This document shows, one piece after another, positions 21,001-33,918 of a stretch of DNA of 64,000 bases. A program made the position numbers and the translations under genes. The notes under the pieces are model-generated. The model was given only the letters and a program-made list of their open reading frames with translations. It was not told the DNA's origin and made no database searches. The DNA comes from Balanoglossus misakiensis (lineage: Eukaryota > Animalia > Hemichordata): the NCBI GenBank assembly GCA_040954595.2, contig CM082585.2, forward strand, positions 10,829,995 to 10,893,994, in the 5' to 3' direction. Each line of letters opens with the position of its first letter. The first letter of the stretch is position 1.

Positions 21001-24000
21001 GTCTTTGGTCTTGCTCTAGTAATAGGAAAAGAAAATGATACATAAAAAGTGATTAAAAACTTTAAATGTCTCCGGTAAATATCATAAAAGTCTACTTAAC
21101 ATGCTCAGGTTGGCATCATATTTACTTGTCACTAGGGAGATGCCATGTTTTGATCGCGTTGGCAAGGAAGTATCTGTTTTGTCTCAAACGATGCTTCATA
21201 AATTTCAATTACACACAGCTGTCGAATCTATCACGTTGGGGGAAAAACTCAAGTAAAACCGCTTCGGGGGAAAGGTGCCATCAAATATAAAAGGAACAAG
21301 ATTTAACAAGGAAGAAATGGTGACCTGTGCTCGAGATGAAAAGGTTTTACGTCTAATAATATGGATACAAGTAAGCTGAAATTGAAGTATTCAAGATGTA
21401 AAATGAAAGAGGGCTACGGCATGTCAACAGACGATTACTTTTGTATTCAAATTTACATGTAAGTGATTTGATTGTCATGTTTACTGAGAGCTTGAAAGGG
21501 AGAGAGGGGAGGGTGGCCTGGGAAGGGGAGGAGGTTGATAGCAAGTATATTTGACGAATGCATCTTTAGGTTGAATTCATAGGAAGTGAGTTTAGTTCCC
21601 CCCAAGGGAAATTTCAATATCAGCCATGAACAACTGGAGCCAGCTTCCTCAATTACCTGGTGACCAATTATCTCAGTTGGTATTAAAGTCTATTTGGGGA
21701 AATCGAGGTTCATTCATCAGACTTCTTTTCTAGGTATTAAATCTGTAATTCCAAATAATTCCCAGTGTTACTCCCACTGACGTATGCCATATTTAACTGA
21801 TTCAGTTGGCAGTCAGTGGAAATTAAGGAAGCATAGCCAGCAGGCATCGTTAGACGCATTATTATTTTATCTCATTATGCTTGTGTACATGTACATCATA
21901 GAGGAAAATATCTCTTGCAGAGTTGCAGTTTGCCGATAAGTTTGATTGAAAACTGACATTTTATGGTTCAATATATTAATTTGTGATATTTTATCTCAAC
22001 AGTTGTGTGTGCCTCAGTTGACATGCTCAAGTTACGCCATCGAAGAGAAAGGCAGAGATTCTATTACCTGGTTTTATCTCAGTAAAAGTCACGAACTGGG
22101 CCAGCTATGCCTCACTCAGAGCCTATTCTGGGGTATGTGTCAGAGCCTATACTGGGGTATGTGTCAGAGCCTATACTGGGGTATGTGTCAGAGCCTATAC
22201 TGGGCTATGTGTCAGAGCCTATACTGGGGTATGTGTCAGAGCCTATACTGGGGTATGTGTCAGAGCCTATACTGGGCTATGTGTCAGAGCCTATACTGGG
22301 GTATGTGTCAGAGCCTATACTGGGGTATGTGTCAGAGCCTATACTGGGCTATGTGTCAGAGCCTATACTGGGGTATGTGTCAGAGCCTATACTGGGCTAT
22401 GTGTCAGAGCCTATAACTCACAAGGCAAGAGCAACATGAATGTCTTGGCTTGAGATGTTTGCATCCAATCCAGTGAACGTACCAAAGGCCAACTCACACT
22501 GGTATGACTCAGTACAAAGTCACAGAGGAGGCACTGTGACAGATTTCATGCTCTCCACACAGGAGATGTGACAGATGTCGTCATGTATAAAAGTGTAATG
22601 ACTTTTATTCCTAAAGTTCAAACTATGCTAGGGTGTCTCATGACGTAGATTCCAGTGTAATGTCATTCAATCATTGCACAAAATTCCGGTATTGGGATAC
22701 AGTGTTGAATGCCAACAAATTTAATTTGTTTCATGGCAATCTAGTCAAACAGTTTTAAGAGATCACCAAAACCATCTCATAAGCCAGCCTTCATGCTATC
22801 CTAAGGCAGCTCTCAGATAAAAACAATGTCAAAACACTTTCAATGACGAAGATTTTATAATTCTGTCGCTACGTGATTTAGCACCACTAGGGTTGAGTGA
22901 ATTTATAGGGGTCATGAGGTACACATTTTTGAGGTTATACCTGAACTCATGATGCAGGAGCAGTTTTCAGTCTCAGTGACTTCGTTTGTGGTGATCATTT
23001 ATATGGAAAATAGTCAACTTGTACAGTCATCCCTGGGCCATCCAACATCACGCTGGTACAATCCCTAAAGATCATCTGAGTTGATACAGCCATGTCTCTG
23101 TTGTGCTACTTCTCTCAGGCCATATGCTTACTCACACACCGCCAAATTAGACATCTAAGAATTATCATAAACCTCCCTTGCTGTGTTACAACTCAAGCGT
23201 CAAAACGTTCTTTTGAGGTCTGCCATTAATACACCTGCCTGCGTTTTGCATTCATCCAGCTATTAGCCCCCTAGGCCCACCGACACTCTGTCTCCATATC
23301 GACTACTGAGTGTCAGAAATCTTTCAGAGACACGCTCAGAAAAGTGGATCGATTTGCAGGTTTTCCAATTGACACATAATCCTTTTCATTTTCATCAACT
23401 TCAAAAATGATCACCCATGAGGAAAGCAGAGATGCTCACCAGAGAAAAATGGGAGCAACCATGTCACGTTGTTCGATAGTCAATAAAACAACAATAATGT
23501 AACCATTGTATTGTTCTGATGTCATCATCGAACGTTGAGCAACTTTGTTTTAAATGATTGATCATCTCAAGCAATCCACCGATTAAAGTTGTTCTGATTA
23601 CATATTTATGTACACTGTAACAGTTCCAAATCATCATCACTCATCAAGAAGATGACCCCACTAGCCACATGGCCACAAGTATGTGCTGAACCCAATAAGA
23701 AGATTACTACTATGTACGCGATTGAAAATGCCAGGATTATAAATGACACTATGTAGAGTGATGCAGACATTACTTGATAACTATATGGCATCCTTTTGCA
23801 TTTGATTAGATACAAAGAGATTCCAGTGCCAGAAAGCTATTAAGATCAGTGTCTGAAGAATTCTCATGAACGGAAAAGAGATATAAACAAGCTTACCATA
23901 TTGCTGCATTCGTTGTTGTTCAAGCATCTCCTTCTTTTGTTCTTCCTCAACGAGTTCAACCAACATTTCATCAACCAGCTCCTTGGCAGCTTCCGCGGCC

Positions 24001-24117
24001 TCATCCTCCAATTCTTTTATTGCCTCTTCGACAATTTCCTCGTACAGAACTTCATTCAACGCTAATTTGATTTAAAAAGAATGAGGATGATTAGATTCTG
24101 TGTTCATTTCTCTTCGG

Positions 24118-24172
<55 letters not shown>

Positions 24173-27100
24173 AAAAATGGTTCGTAGATCCTAATTTAAA
24201 TAGATCCTAATTTAAATGTTTCAAATGGGCGATCTTTCTCAGCAGACAGCCAATCACAGCATGGCTACCATACAGGTCACAGCAATTGGCCCCGTCCCTT
24301 CGTTTAAGAAGGACACGCCCCCCTCAGAAATCGACCCAAAAATGCACTATACATCGATTTTTATGCAAAAAGGGATAGCAGGTCCGAATACTAACATGGT
24401 ATGGGACCAATCGATGCTGATGTCGTGAATAAATTTCGCCTTTAAGCAGGTCAACACCACGATCAAACACTGACCTTCCTCAAGTCCCTGTTGGACGATG
24501 TGTGTTTCATTTCAACAGCGATCGATCGAAACCGATGATATTTGCAATATTCTAGGCAAACGGGGGCAGTCGGGTTACCCATATTCTATGCTAAGCTGGC
24601 ACCGGAACATACATTGACACTGATAGCTGACTTTAAGACTCAGGAATCCTGCACTGCCAGACATTGTGTTGAAACATGTACGTTTTGTAGTTGTGTAGCA
24701 GACTACTCGACGTGTCTTCTGCTAGTCATGCGCAGCCTCCGAAGTTTTTCTAATGTGCGCATCTACCCATGGTTCTTTGCGAGTGTTTAACGCCCTCATC
24801 GGTAACACTGTCATAACCTATGGATGGACCCTTGCCCCTTGTCTGAGCCTTGCCGTTTTGATGCTTGGCAAGTTTTATTTACTCATACACTGCAACTTAT
24901 ACGGTCTTTTGGTAAATCTTGCGAAAAAGATATGTAAATATGCAAAATCATCCACTTAAGGCTATCCATTTAAAAAACAGATGGGTTCTTCGCACCGAAA
25001 CATAAAAAAACTCATAACATATCAGTCTGAATTATTGCGGCATCACAGATGGTTTTTCCTCGCTTATAAAATAACACATCAATTTATGCCAATTAAGGGC
25101 TTTCGGTATTGACTTTTCAGACAGAGCAAACACTTAACCAGCCGCGCACTCACGACTAGAACACATAATGGTTCCGAGTACAATGTTATTTGGAGAGCCT
25201 CAGAATGATTTCTGTAGCAAAAATGACCTTGGGTTAGGAGTGATTGATTGGTACAGGGGCGTTTGAATTAAAATGCCATGATTTGAGAGAAATACGAAAT
25301 TGTCTGAAAAAACAACAACCCCGGCACAGCAACTAAGTAGAGTTAGTTACAGGTCTGGCACAATTATCACAGGTAAATTGTCAGCATTGTCATGACATCG
25401 TGACATGAATATCTTCAATAACTTGTGATTAACAAACCTTCGTCCTCGTCCTCGGAATAATCGTAGACTTCTTCTTCAATTTCTTCACTTTCATCTTCAT
25501 ATTCTGGATATCTCGCTTCTTCGTCTTCATCCTCGGCTCCAAAACTGTCCAGGTTTTCATCAAATGCCTCCTCCTCACTTTCATCACCGCCACCCTTTTC
25601 TAAATACTCTTGTTTCAGTTCTTCTAAGTATGGTCCATACAGGTATTGCAAGGCTTCCCAGTCCACCTCGTCAGACTCCTCATTCTCACCCTCTGAATCC
25701 ATCGCCAGACCCTCGCCATCATCGTTCCCTACCTCGTTTTGAAAGCCTTCGTCATTCGTTTCGTCTTCCCAGGCCCCGAACGGGTATTCGCCGTCCCGCT
25801 TTTCAGCCTCCTGATTGCCGCCGTCCCCCTGTGCGGCCTCCTCTTCCATTTCCTCCAGTTGGTCCAAATATTCTGTAAGACCGTCTTCATCCCCGTCCTC
25901 TTCGGCAACGCTCTCCTCAAACACACTGTCTTCAACTGGCTCCAATTCGCCGTTCTCCATCTCTTCCAGGATTTCTTCCGCGATTTCTTCGGCCAGTTCC
26001 TTCACCGTTTCCTTTGTCAGTTTATCGATCTCATCTGCAACCTCGTCCTCTACTTCCGCAGCAATTTCTATGGTGACGAATAAAGATAAAATATTACATA
26101 TATAACTGTTACTTCTGACAACGGGGTTTTCTGTAGCACATGGAACATTCACCTCTTGATTAATTATTCATTTTCGTACCGGAAAATGCTTTTGAATTTT
26201 GGAAAACGATTTATGGAAATCAGTTTTAATCCTGAAAATATCGCAAAAGATTATTAATCATTCAGAGCGAAATATATTGTCTGTTCCTCAATAAGAAACC
26301 AAACAAATCAACGAATGGCCCAATGGAATAATAAATATCACATTTTCTGAGTAGACTCCTAGCTCTGTGCTTTATCTGGTACACTATTCATTTTACTAAT
26401 TAGGAATGCGATGAATTGTTTGCCAAGAATATTGTCTCACAAGGTAAACAAAATACAAGGAGTCTTAAATCAAATTGGATATTAGCAATCACGCGAGTCC
26501 CAGGTTATTAAATGAGCCATGTTTGTCCTATATATGCAAGATATTTTGGCTTTGTGTCAGGAAGAGACTTCTGGCTGGAAAAGTACAATTTACGATTCTC
26601 ATAATTCCTCATGATACCCATGATACATTTTAATTTATTCTGTTTAAAATATGAGCACAAACAAAAATATGTAGGTGTTAAGTCAGTCATTCATTTTACA
26701 TAGAACTCATAAATTTATAATAAGTACGTCCTCTCAAGTGTGACAAATTTATGAGTTTCTGTGACAATGTATTCTTTACAGTGGATTGACGTATTTTAGA
26801 CGACACAGGAAGTTGCAAGTTCGATTTTGCCAAAAAGACAATGATTTCCTACCAAAACAACATTCTTACTTCACAAAGAGAACTGATGAGTCACGCGCTG
26901 TGGATCCGCAATGAAATTATTGAATTTCTATTCTCCTACTTTTAATTACGTAACGATCGGAAAAGCTTCCTGGCGTATCTAATTACACATTGTAATAAGC
27001 TCCATCTGAACCATCGAACAGGAATTGATCTCCATTTGAATGAAGGGGCGGCTGTTGTATACAAGTGACGCAGCAAAGGGTCATTCACTCGAGACTTCTA

Positions 27101-30100
27101 GCAGAACCACATCATTCTCTGTTTCCGGCTTCTAGCCTGCCTTCACAAAATTGACAGCAAAGGATTGGAAATCCAAAGCGTGTCACGAGCTAATGATGGC
27201 AATGATGTTTGATGATGACATAGAGTAATGTGAGAGATTATTAATATTGCTGAATCGAACATTTATATAAATCGTGCCGTTTTACCTACATCCTGCGATC
27301 TTACGTATAAAAGAATATTTCTATGCTAACCTGGCAGAAGGGGAGACTCTATAGATTTCTGCATTTCGAAAATTGAGAAAATGTATAAAGCAAATTTTCT
27401 GGAACCGTTTTTCGATTAGCTTCTTCCGGCGCGCAGGTGCGGACACGGTGAATTATATATTCGCGTAAATCAACTATCCAGTCTATAAACACTTGTAAAT
27501 ATTGATTTAGTGCGGGTAGTGATACATTCTCTTTCCTTGTACTTTCTGAATCTTGGATCGCTGGTAAAGTGAAGAGACAATTGAATTTTAAGATTTCCGT
27601 GACATCAGACATTTGGGTTGATGCGATCGATTTTTTTAAACAGAATGAACCGAGGATGATTGTCACATTTTACAGTAGACTGTCATTCTCCAGCCATCTT
27701 GCAAAAAAAATGTCGACGCATTACAAATTTGACTTCAAGTTCAGAAACGCGAACCTACCATTGTCTGTCCATCATGACACTAATGATTTGATGTAACTAG
27801 ATCGTTTTCCCAGTTACAGTTCAATAAATGCACATGCACGTACATCTTTCGCTCGAACACTGACCTCATTGCAGGATTTAAAATGCAGTCGAGCTGCATG
27901 GGCGCGCCTGCGCATTGCCTTGGCGATGACTCGCACACGGGATGAAAACCGATTACCAGCAGAGATCGCATGGGAATCACTTTATCTCTTGATATACAAG
28001 TCACCCACACAACATTTCAAATAGGTCTCATTTCGCCAGATACAAATAATGTCGTCAGATGATTTTAGATTGCCACACTTTCCTTCAAGAAACCGATTTC
28101 CGCGAAAAATTGCTTTTGCATTTCAGCCATAAACGTCAAAATAACAAAATTTCAATTCCATCAGATATTTTACGAGTTGTGAAAATAGGCAATCTTTTAG
28201 GCACAACGCAACGTCGTGATTATTTCATCGAGAGAGTACACAACGTGTGATATTGGCATTTACTTTAATAGGTCGCTATACTCATTTTTTAAGTATATAT
28301 CTCCAGTGTCTTACAACCTTTGAATATAATTTCGCACAGAGGAAAATGAATGATTTGGCGACGACAAGGATATTGATGGCGATGACGGCAACGGCATCAA
28401 CCAGTGAAATTTTGAGCCCTCATTTGTTAGTTGCCAACCTGGGGTGAGTGGAAAATGGCGGATTCTAGTTTGACCTGAACAGCAACGAAAACCAAAATGT
28501 TGGTGAAAACAGAGACAGCAGAAAAAACGGATCTGTGGTGAAGTCTTGCAAATGAAAAGCCGAAGGCGTTTGAACTGTGTCCCCTTAGAAACCACATATA
28601 ATTGGCGTGGGTTCTGGAGTACCTGGATAATGATGATAATGACGAGAAGACGGCGCCTTGCAGGGGAGTCCTGCTTAATTCAAACAAGCGATTTTTTTAC
28701 AATACCTAGCCGGTGCCTTAAAATGGCTTTCTTTCATTTTGTCACCTTTTAAGGTAGTACTGCAGTCTACACTGCGATTACTTACTACAGGAACACGCCG
28801 TGGTAAAAAATGTGACCGACTAGAAATGTTGTTATTATTCTTTATCAAAGTCTTCGGCAAATCCTTCAATGAGAATTCATGCATTAGATGATTGGTGCCA
28901 CCTTAAAATGAAACCTCGCGCCTAATTATAAACAGAATTGATAATCAAAGAGGGGTTCTCAGGACCCTTTGAATTTCGGTACCCTTGGGGGCAATCCTGT
29001 TGTAAACACGTCTGCTCGGAACGTTTGGAAATTACTTTCTGTTTAGGCTAACCTCCCAGGCTAAAACTCAATGCAGTCAACAGGGCCAGGATGTAGACCC
29101 CGGATACACACAGAGAGCGCCGCACTGGCAATTACACTTTCACATGACCAGTTTCGAATAGAGCTTATCTACACGATTATGGCATTAATCTTCGACACAA
29201 GACTGCAATATCGTCCCGTGATTGTTCGATGCTTGCTGGAAACCTCCGTTCTCAACAACTGAGATATTGTCGGGAGCCAACAGTAATTGCAACAACTGAA
29301 TGACACCAAAGCGCATGCCCCTTTTCATGGGTACCCCGGATGAACTGAAGTTGATTTCTCGACTTTTTAAAAAAAACTGGTTAAGCACTACAGCACGGCT
29401 TTCCGGTAGCCGAATTCCCAGAGAAATAGTCCATAGTATATTGCATTCGGCCTACTCGAAGATATTATTCAATTTAAAATAGCTATCGGCTAATGAGAAC
29501 CTGCACGTGATCTGCAATAAATTTATTAGTAGGCCCTAATTAAGTACAACAATAAAAATCATGACGATGACCGTTGACTTTGAAAATACGCCAAGTTCGT
29601 ATATTTTGATTAATGTCAATGGCGTGCAAGGCATTAAAGGATATTACAGAAAAATAAGTTCCCAGGGTCCAACAATGGGTCGTATATCACGTGTACGTTT
29701 CTCCCTACTGTGAGAACGCCCTGTGATTATTGATTAGCCGTTCATCGCGTGATTCAGCTTCTAAAATGAATGGGTGTAAGGTAAGAACTAATAATTTGTT
29801 GAACATTAAAAAACGTAATGTTTATTTTGCCTTAGGTGTGACATATTCATGTCTTGCGACCTTAATAAACTTTGCAATACCTTCTGTCAATCGATCCAAT
29901 ATGGCGGCTTCTTCGTCAGCCATCACCTCATCCTCGTTCCCATCCTCATCCTCGCCCTCTTCTAAAACACTCTCCTCCACTATCACGTCCTCCTCTTCTT
30001 CTGATTCAATCGATTGCTCATCATCCATGTCCTCTTCGGCGTCTTCATACTCCTTCAAAAGCTCATCCCTCATCATATCTTTTAAAATGTCCTCAAACGT

Positions 30101-33100
30101 TGCCTCGCTGATTTCACTGAGTTCGAGTTCTTCTTCACTTTCAAGTTCACCTGTGGAGGGTAAAGAGGCGTTTGCGTTACATTTGGAATACAGGAGATTA
30201 ACCCTTTCACCCCCAGTTACCTCTTTAGAGGTCCAACCTCACCATAGAAAACAATCGGTCTGGACTGAACCATGGTGGTGACATGGTTAAAATCAAATTC
30301 AAGTCATAGTGATAATGTTAGTACAGACATGTTAAAATCTTCATAGAATATATTGAAAGCCAGTCGCTGGGTCATTACACTGTCTGCGAAATACTATCAT
30401 AAAATTATATCTCATAATTGATGGAATTTCAACGACCTGTCGATTACACTATTAAAGTTACCATTAAAAGTCACCATTCAAATGTCATTACATTGATTAA
30501 ATTTACATTGACTCGATTCGATGATGGCAGAAACCAGATGATAATTTTAGGGGGAAGCCTCTTGATTATCTGTCTAACAGATAAATTGAATAAGCACGAA
30601 AAGTATTCAATTTCATTCTCGTTAATGGAAAACCATTAATTAACATCCGAATTTGACGTTTATTTCCTTGCCAATATCCAAAATTAACTTACAGATTCAG
30701 CAGTCGTAAATCCAAGACAACTAATGAGGGTAAAGGGAAGATGGAGATTCTTCCTGACACGTAAATCTAGTCTTATAAAACCGGAATAAACAACAGGGCG
30801 CTTTCTGATTGCATGTTAATAGAACATGTCAGCCGATCATAATAATTTGTCGGTGAATTGACACTGAGATAGTGGGGTACGATAATATGAAATGCAAGCT
30901 GAAAAACTCAGTCTGTCATATGCTAGTAATCACTGTTTCCGTTCATTTCGTCTTATATTGTTAAGGTGGCTTAGAGAATGCATTAAACTCCAAGTAAACG
31001 TCACTGACACATAGAGCAATGATGACCCCAATGAACTTTACATCTTTAATATGTCTGGGTGTCAGGAAATGTTAGCTGCGCTCTTTTCTTGTTTGAAGAA
31101 TTGATCGTAAAATATTAAAATCTTTGTTTGAGAGACAGTAGGCCAAGTAATGATTTTTTGCACTTTGTCGATTCCTGGTTCTGTCAGTTCCGTTGTAAAT
31201 AATTATTGTCTGTATCAAATATAAATACAGTGCCTTGTTATACTCTGTAAATAAAATCATGCTGAGATATCGGGCTTGGAGGCACATAAACTCTGGACTT
31301 CAGCCATTTGCAACAATAAAGACGAACACGTCACATGTGCACCAGATGTGTCATCCAGGCAAAATTGGACATTTCAATACCATTCAGGATGTGGAACACG
31401 AAACTGCAGTTGGCACGAATGCTGAAGGAATAAAGAAGCATTGTTCTCTTATACCGAAGGTTCTTTGATCCTAAAGCATTGCTTGTGATGCACGAAGGCA
31501 TGCAGTGCGTTTCATGTTATAGCCCTGAATCGTTTCCTCGTCCGTTTTGAAAATTACCGACGCTTAAAAGTCATTTCTTGTCTGTCAGAAATCGTCTAAT
31601 CAATAAATCCAGGGGTTGGGTTTACCCGCTGTCTTCCCAACCTAAAGTGTACTCTACTCTCTGGTTCCCCATTTTATCGCTTACTACACTGTGTTAGAGA
31701 ATAGAGTATGGCCCGGATTTTTGGCAAGATGGCCGCTGAATGAAGGAGTCACTGCCACGTCAAACAAGTCGAGTGTGTTGATTGGCTGACGGCGGCATAC
31801 TGGCGTCGGATTGGCCTATCAAGATGATTATTAGGAATTGATTTTGCAGACCCGGCAGTTCTGTAAAGACGTGTTCTTTGGTGTGGAATTGTACCAACAG
31901 ATAAAGCCGAATGATTATTTCACTGGCTTATCGCAGGTGATTTAGCGCGAGAGCTCACAGACAAGAAAGATAGAAACTTGCCATGGCGGGGAACAAGCAT
32001 GATGGAACGTGACAAGGGAAATGCATCAGAAATTTATGGCTTATGTTCCTGCTGATAATGAACCAACACAAACCAGGGTCTGTTGCAGATAATATCTGAC
32101 AATTCTCAACACACGAATATTCGATATTCATCACACCAAAGATACCGTCACAGTAGCAAAGCACGTACGCATTTCCTTGGATGTTTATACCGTGAATGAG
32201 CGCGAGTATTCTCCTATATTCCCGGGGTTCATGTAAGACAGGCAGCAAATTTGCATAAAAGTAGCATAAACAGTTTGCACGTAGAAATGTAATGGGTAAA
32301 TGATTTAAAACTTGAAATTCAAAATAATGTTTTGAAATACAGTGGACTAAAAATAGCCAATGCAGCATCCAACTATTTCAACTTAACTGTAAACTTCCGC
32401 ATTTAATATTTTCTATTGTACATACATGCCAACAACATGAAATATTCCAACCATGGCCTACAAATACATAACCAGCATATCTGACAGATGAAATTCCCGC
32501 GAGATGAGCCGTCGTCAGACATCTTACAAGTTCTCTGTTTTGCCTGTCAAAGCAATTCTTCATCAATTCTTAGAATATAATTACTCGGAGGTAGGCATTT
32601 ACGGAGCGATGCGATATATCAAGTTTCTGTGCGTCAGTCTGCAGTCGTTTCAAACTGATATAACAATCGACCTTGTGCCGCTGGGACTGCGTTGCCGTGG
32701 CAACAGTGTTCGTGGTAATCTCCGGTGGGGTCGGTTCTCGAAGAGCTATTATTCCTTCCTAACATAAGTCCTACGTTCGTCATCGTTCAAAAAGGGACGC
32801 CCACCATCCAGATATACACGAGAATATGGAGATTAAGGCGAGGCCATGGTTGCGGGTTCATTAAAGGTATTCTCAGTGTCACGTGACGCATATACACAGT
32901 TACTATGGTAAGTTGAGTTCCAGCCAATCACGGATGGCCACGCGAAATGGTCATTCGAAGACTTAGACAAGACCTTTTGACCATATATGGGCATATGTAA
33001 ATTAGAGGTGACTGTATTCCTTCATCAGTTTTAGATCAATATCCAGAAGCAGTTTTATCAACCTTTTCTGCCACAAGGGACCGACCTATCTTCATGTCGC

Positions 33101-33918
33101 CTCAGCACCAGAGTGGCGCATATTATTTCTACATCTCGGCCGACAGATACAACCGAATCGATTGTACGTTCAGATATACTCTTTTTTCTCTCGGAGAATC
33201 ATTAATATTTATTTCCGTTTAATAGCCCGTCGCCAGGCATGGAGAACCAAACAGTCACGTGCAAGTCGAGTGACTTTTAGCAACCAATGTAGAATGATAT
33301 GACTGTACGTTTCACACAAGCAAAAATGGCCCCAAAGAGAACGCATGAATTGAGAACAAATAAGATTCACTGAATAGTGTGTTGCATTTTCCAGGTAACC
33401 TAAGAATGACTGTAATGTGGGAATAATGGAAAGAGGCTGGGAAGCTTGTGAGAAAGCCTCCTCAAGTTGCATCCAATCACATCATTTGTGGAAAGCGAAG
33501 GACAAATCGATCACTTACTTTCCTCCTGGAGGTCGTCCTCTATATCGTTGTCAATTTCCGATTGGCTGTACTCTGCAGGGAAGGCGGATCCAACGGGTAG
33601 TTTCTCCACTTCCGGCCAATCATCAGTGTAATATGGCGGCTCCTCGATGGGAGGGCCTGGCTGGAGTTGTATCTCTGGTGTTTCATCCGGCCAATTGTCC
33701 CGGATGTAATTGTCATAATCCTCATATTCTTCCTCATAGTTATCATAAAGTTTCTCCTTCCGTTGGTCTTCTTCTATTGCCTTCATCTCAATGAACTTCA
33801 AGGCATCAAGTAAATCGCCCCTCGCGTCATTGTACCCTAGCGAGGGCGCTGCACCGACACCATCTGGGACCGTAAGTCCAGTGGTAAGAAGGATTCCCAG
33901 CAATATCAGTGACGTCAT
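17798..33918 (-). CDS. Secreted highly acidic (granin-like) protein with C-terminal conodipine-type phospholipase A2-like domain, ~608 aa, 6 coding exons
   Basis: Exons 33918-33519, 30150-29881, 26067-25438, 24061-23897, 21015-20870 and 18013-17798 have GT-AG boundaries and matching phases (1,1,1,1,0); total 1827 nt. N-terminal signal peptide MTSLILLGILLTTGLTVPDGVGA, Asp/Glu-rich stalk, C-terminal YKEAFTGPCNRHQLCYSC...YGVSARTCDEIYLNEMFDVC...C motif. Confidence 0.85.
20870..21015 (-). CDS. Acidic secreted protein, coding exon 5 (PLA2-like domain, N-terminal half)
   Basis: tattactag|AGCAAGAC...TCTTGT|gtaagt; encodes ...YKEAFTGPCNRHQLCYSC. Confidence 0.82.
22117..22415. repeat. 24-bp minisatellite (CAGAGCCTATACTGGG[G/C]TATGTGT), ~12 copies, intronic
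   Basis: Direct tandem repeat; the G/C variant recurs every third copy. Confidence 0.97.
23897..24061 (-). CDS. Acidic secreted protein, coding exon 4 (165 nt, phase 1-1)
   Basis: aaattag|CGTTGAAT...TATG|gtaagc; encodes the helical acidic segment LNEVLYEEIVEEAIKELEDE... Confidence 0.8.
24118..24172. repeat. (GAT)n microsatellite
   Basis: Uninterrupted TGA/GAT run. Confidence 0.97.
25438..26067 (-). CDS. Acidic secreted protein, coding exon 3 (630 nt, phase 1-1)
   Basis: caccatag|AAATTGCT...GAAG|gtttgt; Glu/Asp-rich and contains a KR dibasic site (EAEKR|DGEYPF). Confidence 0.85.
28753..28902. mobile_element. Possible small TTAA-flanked (Kolobok/piggyBac-type) MITE
   Basis: TTAA|GGTAGTAC ... 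GTGCCACC|TTAA. The inverted termini are short and imperfect (6/8), so chance is not excluded. Confidence 0.3.
29881..30150 (-). CDS. Acidic secreted protein, coding exon 2 (270 nt, phase 1-1)
   Basis: ccctccacag|GTGAACTT...GAAG|gtattg; encodes ELESEEELELSEISEATFEDILKDMMRDELLKEYED... Confidence 0.8.
33519..33918 (-). CDS. Acidic secreted protein, coding exon 1 (signal peptide plus Tyr/Asp/Glu-rich region)
   Basis: ORF 33511-33918; upstream acceptor tttctttttcag at 33948; donor GAAA|gtaagt at 33518. Confidence 0.85.

Noticed and set aside
21946-22439. ORFs with SEPILGYV / CQSLYWGM repeats resembling a neuropeptide precursor
   Set aside because: Translations of a 24-bp intronic minisatellite; no signal peptide or cleavage sites.
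25564-30281. Plus-strand Ser/Pro-rich ORFs
   Set aside because: Antisense shadows of the Glu/Asp-rich minus-strand exons.
33100-33120. REST/RE1-like TCAGCACC
   Set aside because: Only the left half-site matches; the GGACAG half is absent.
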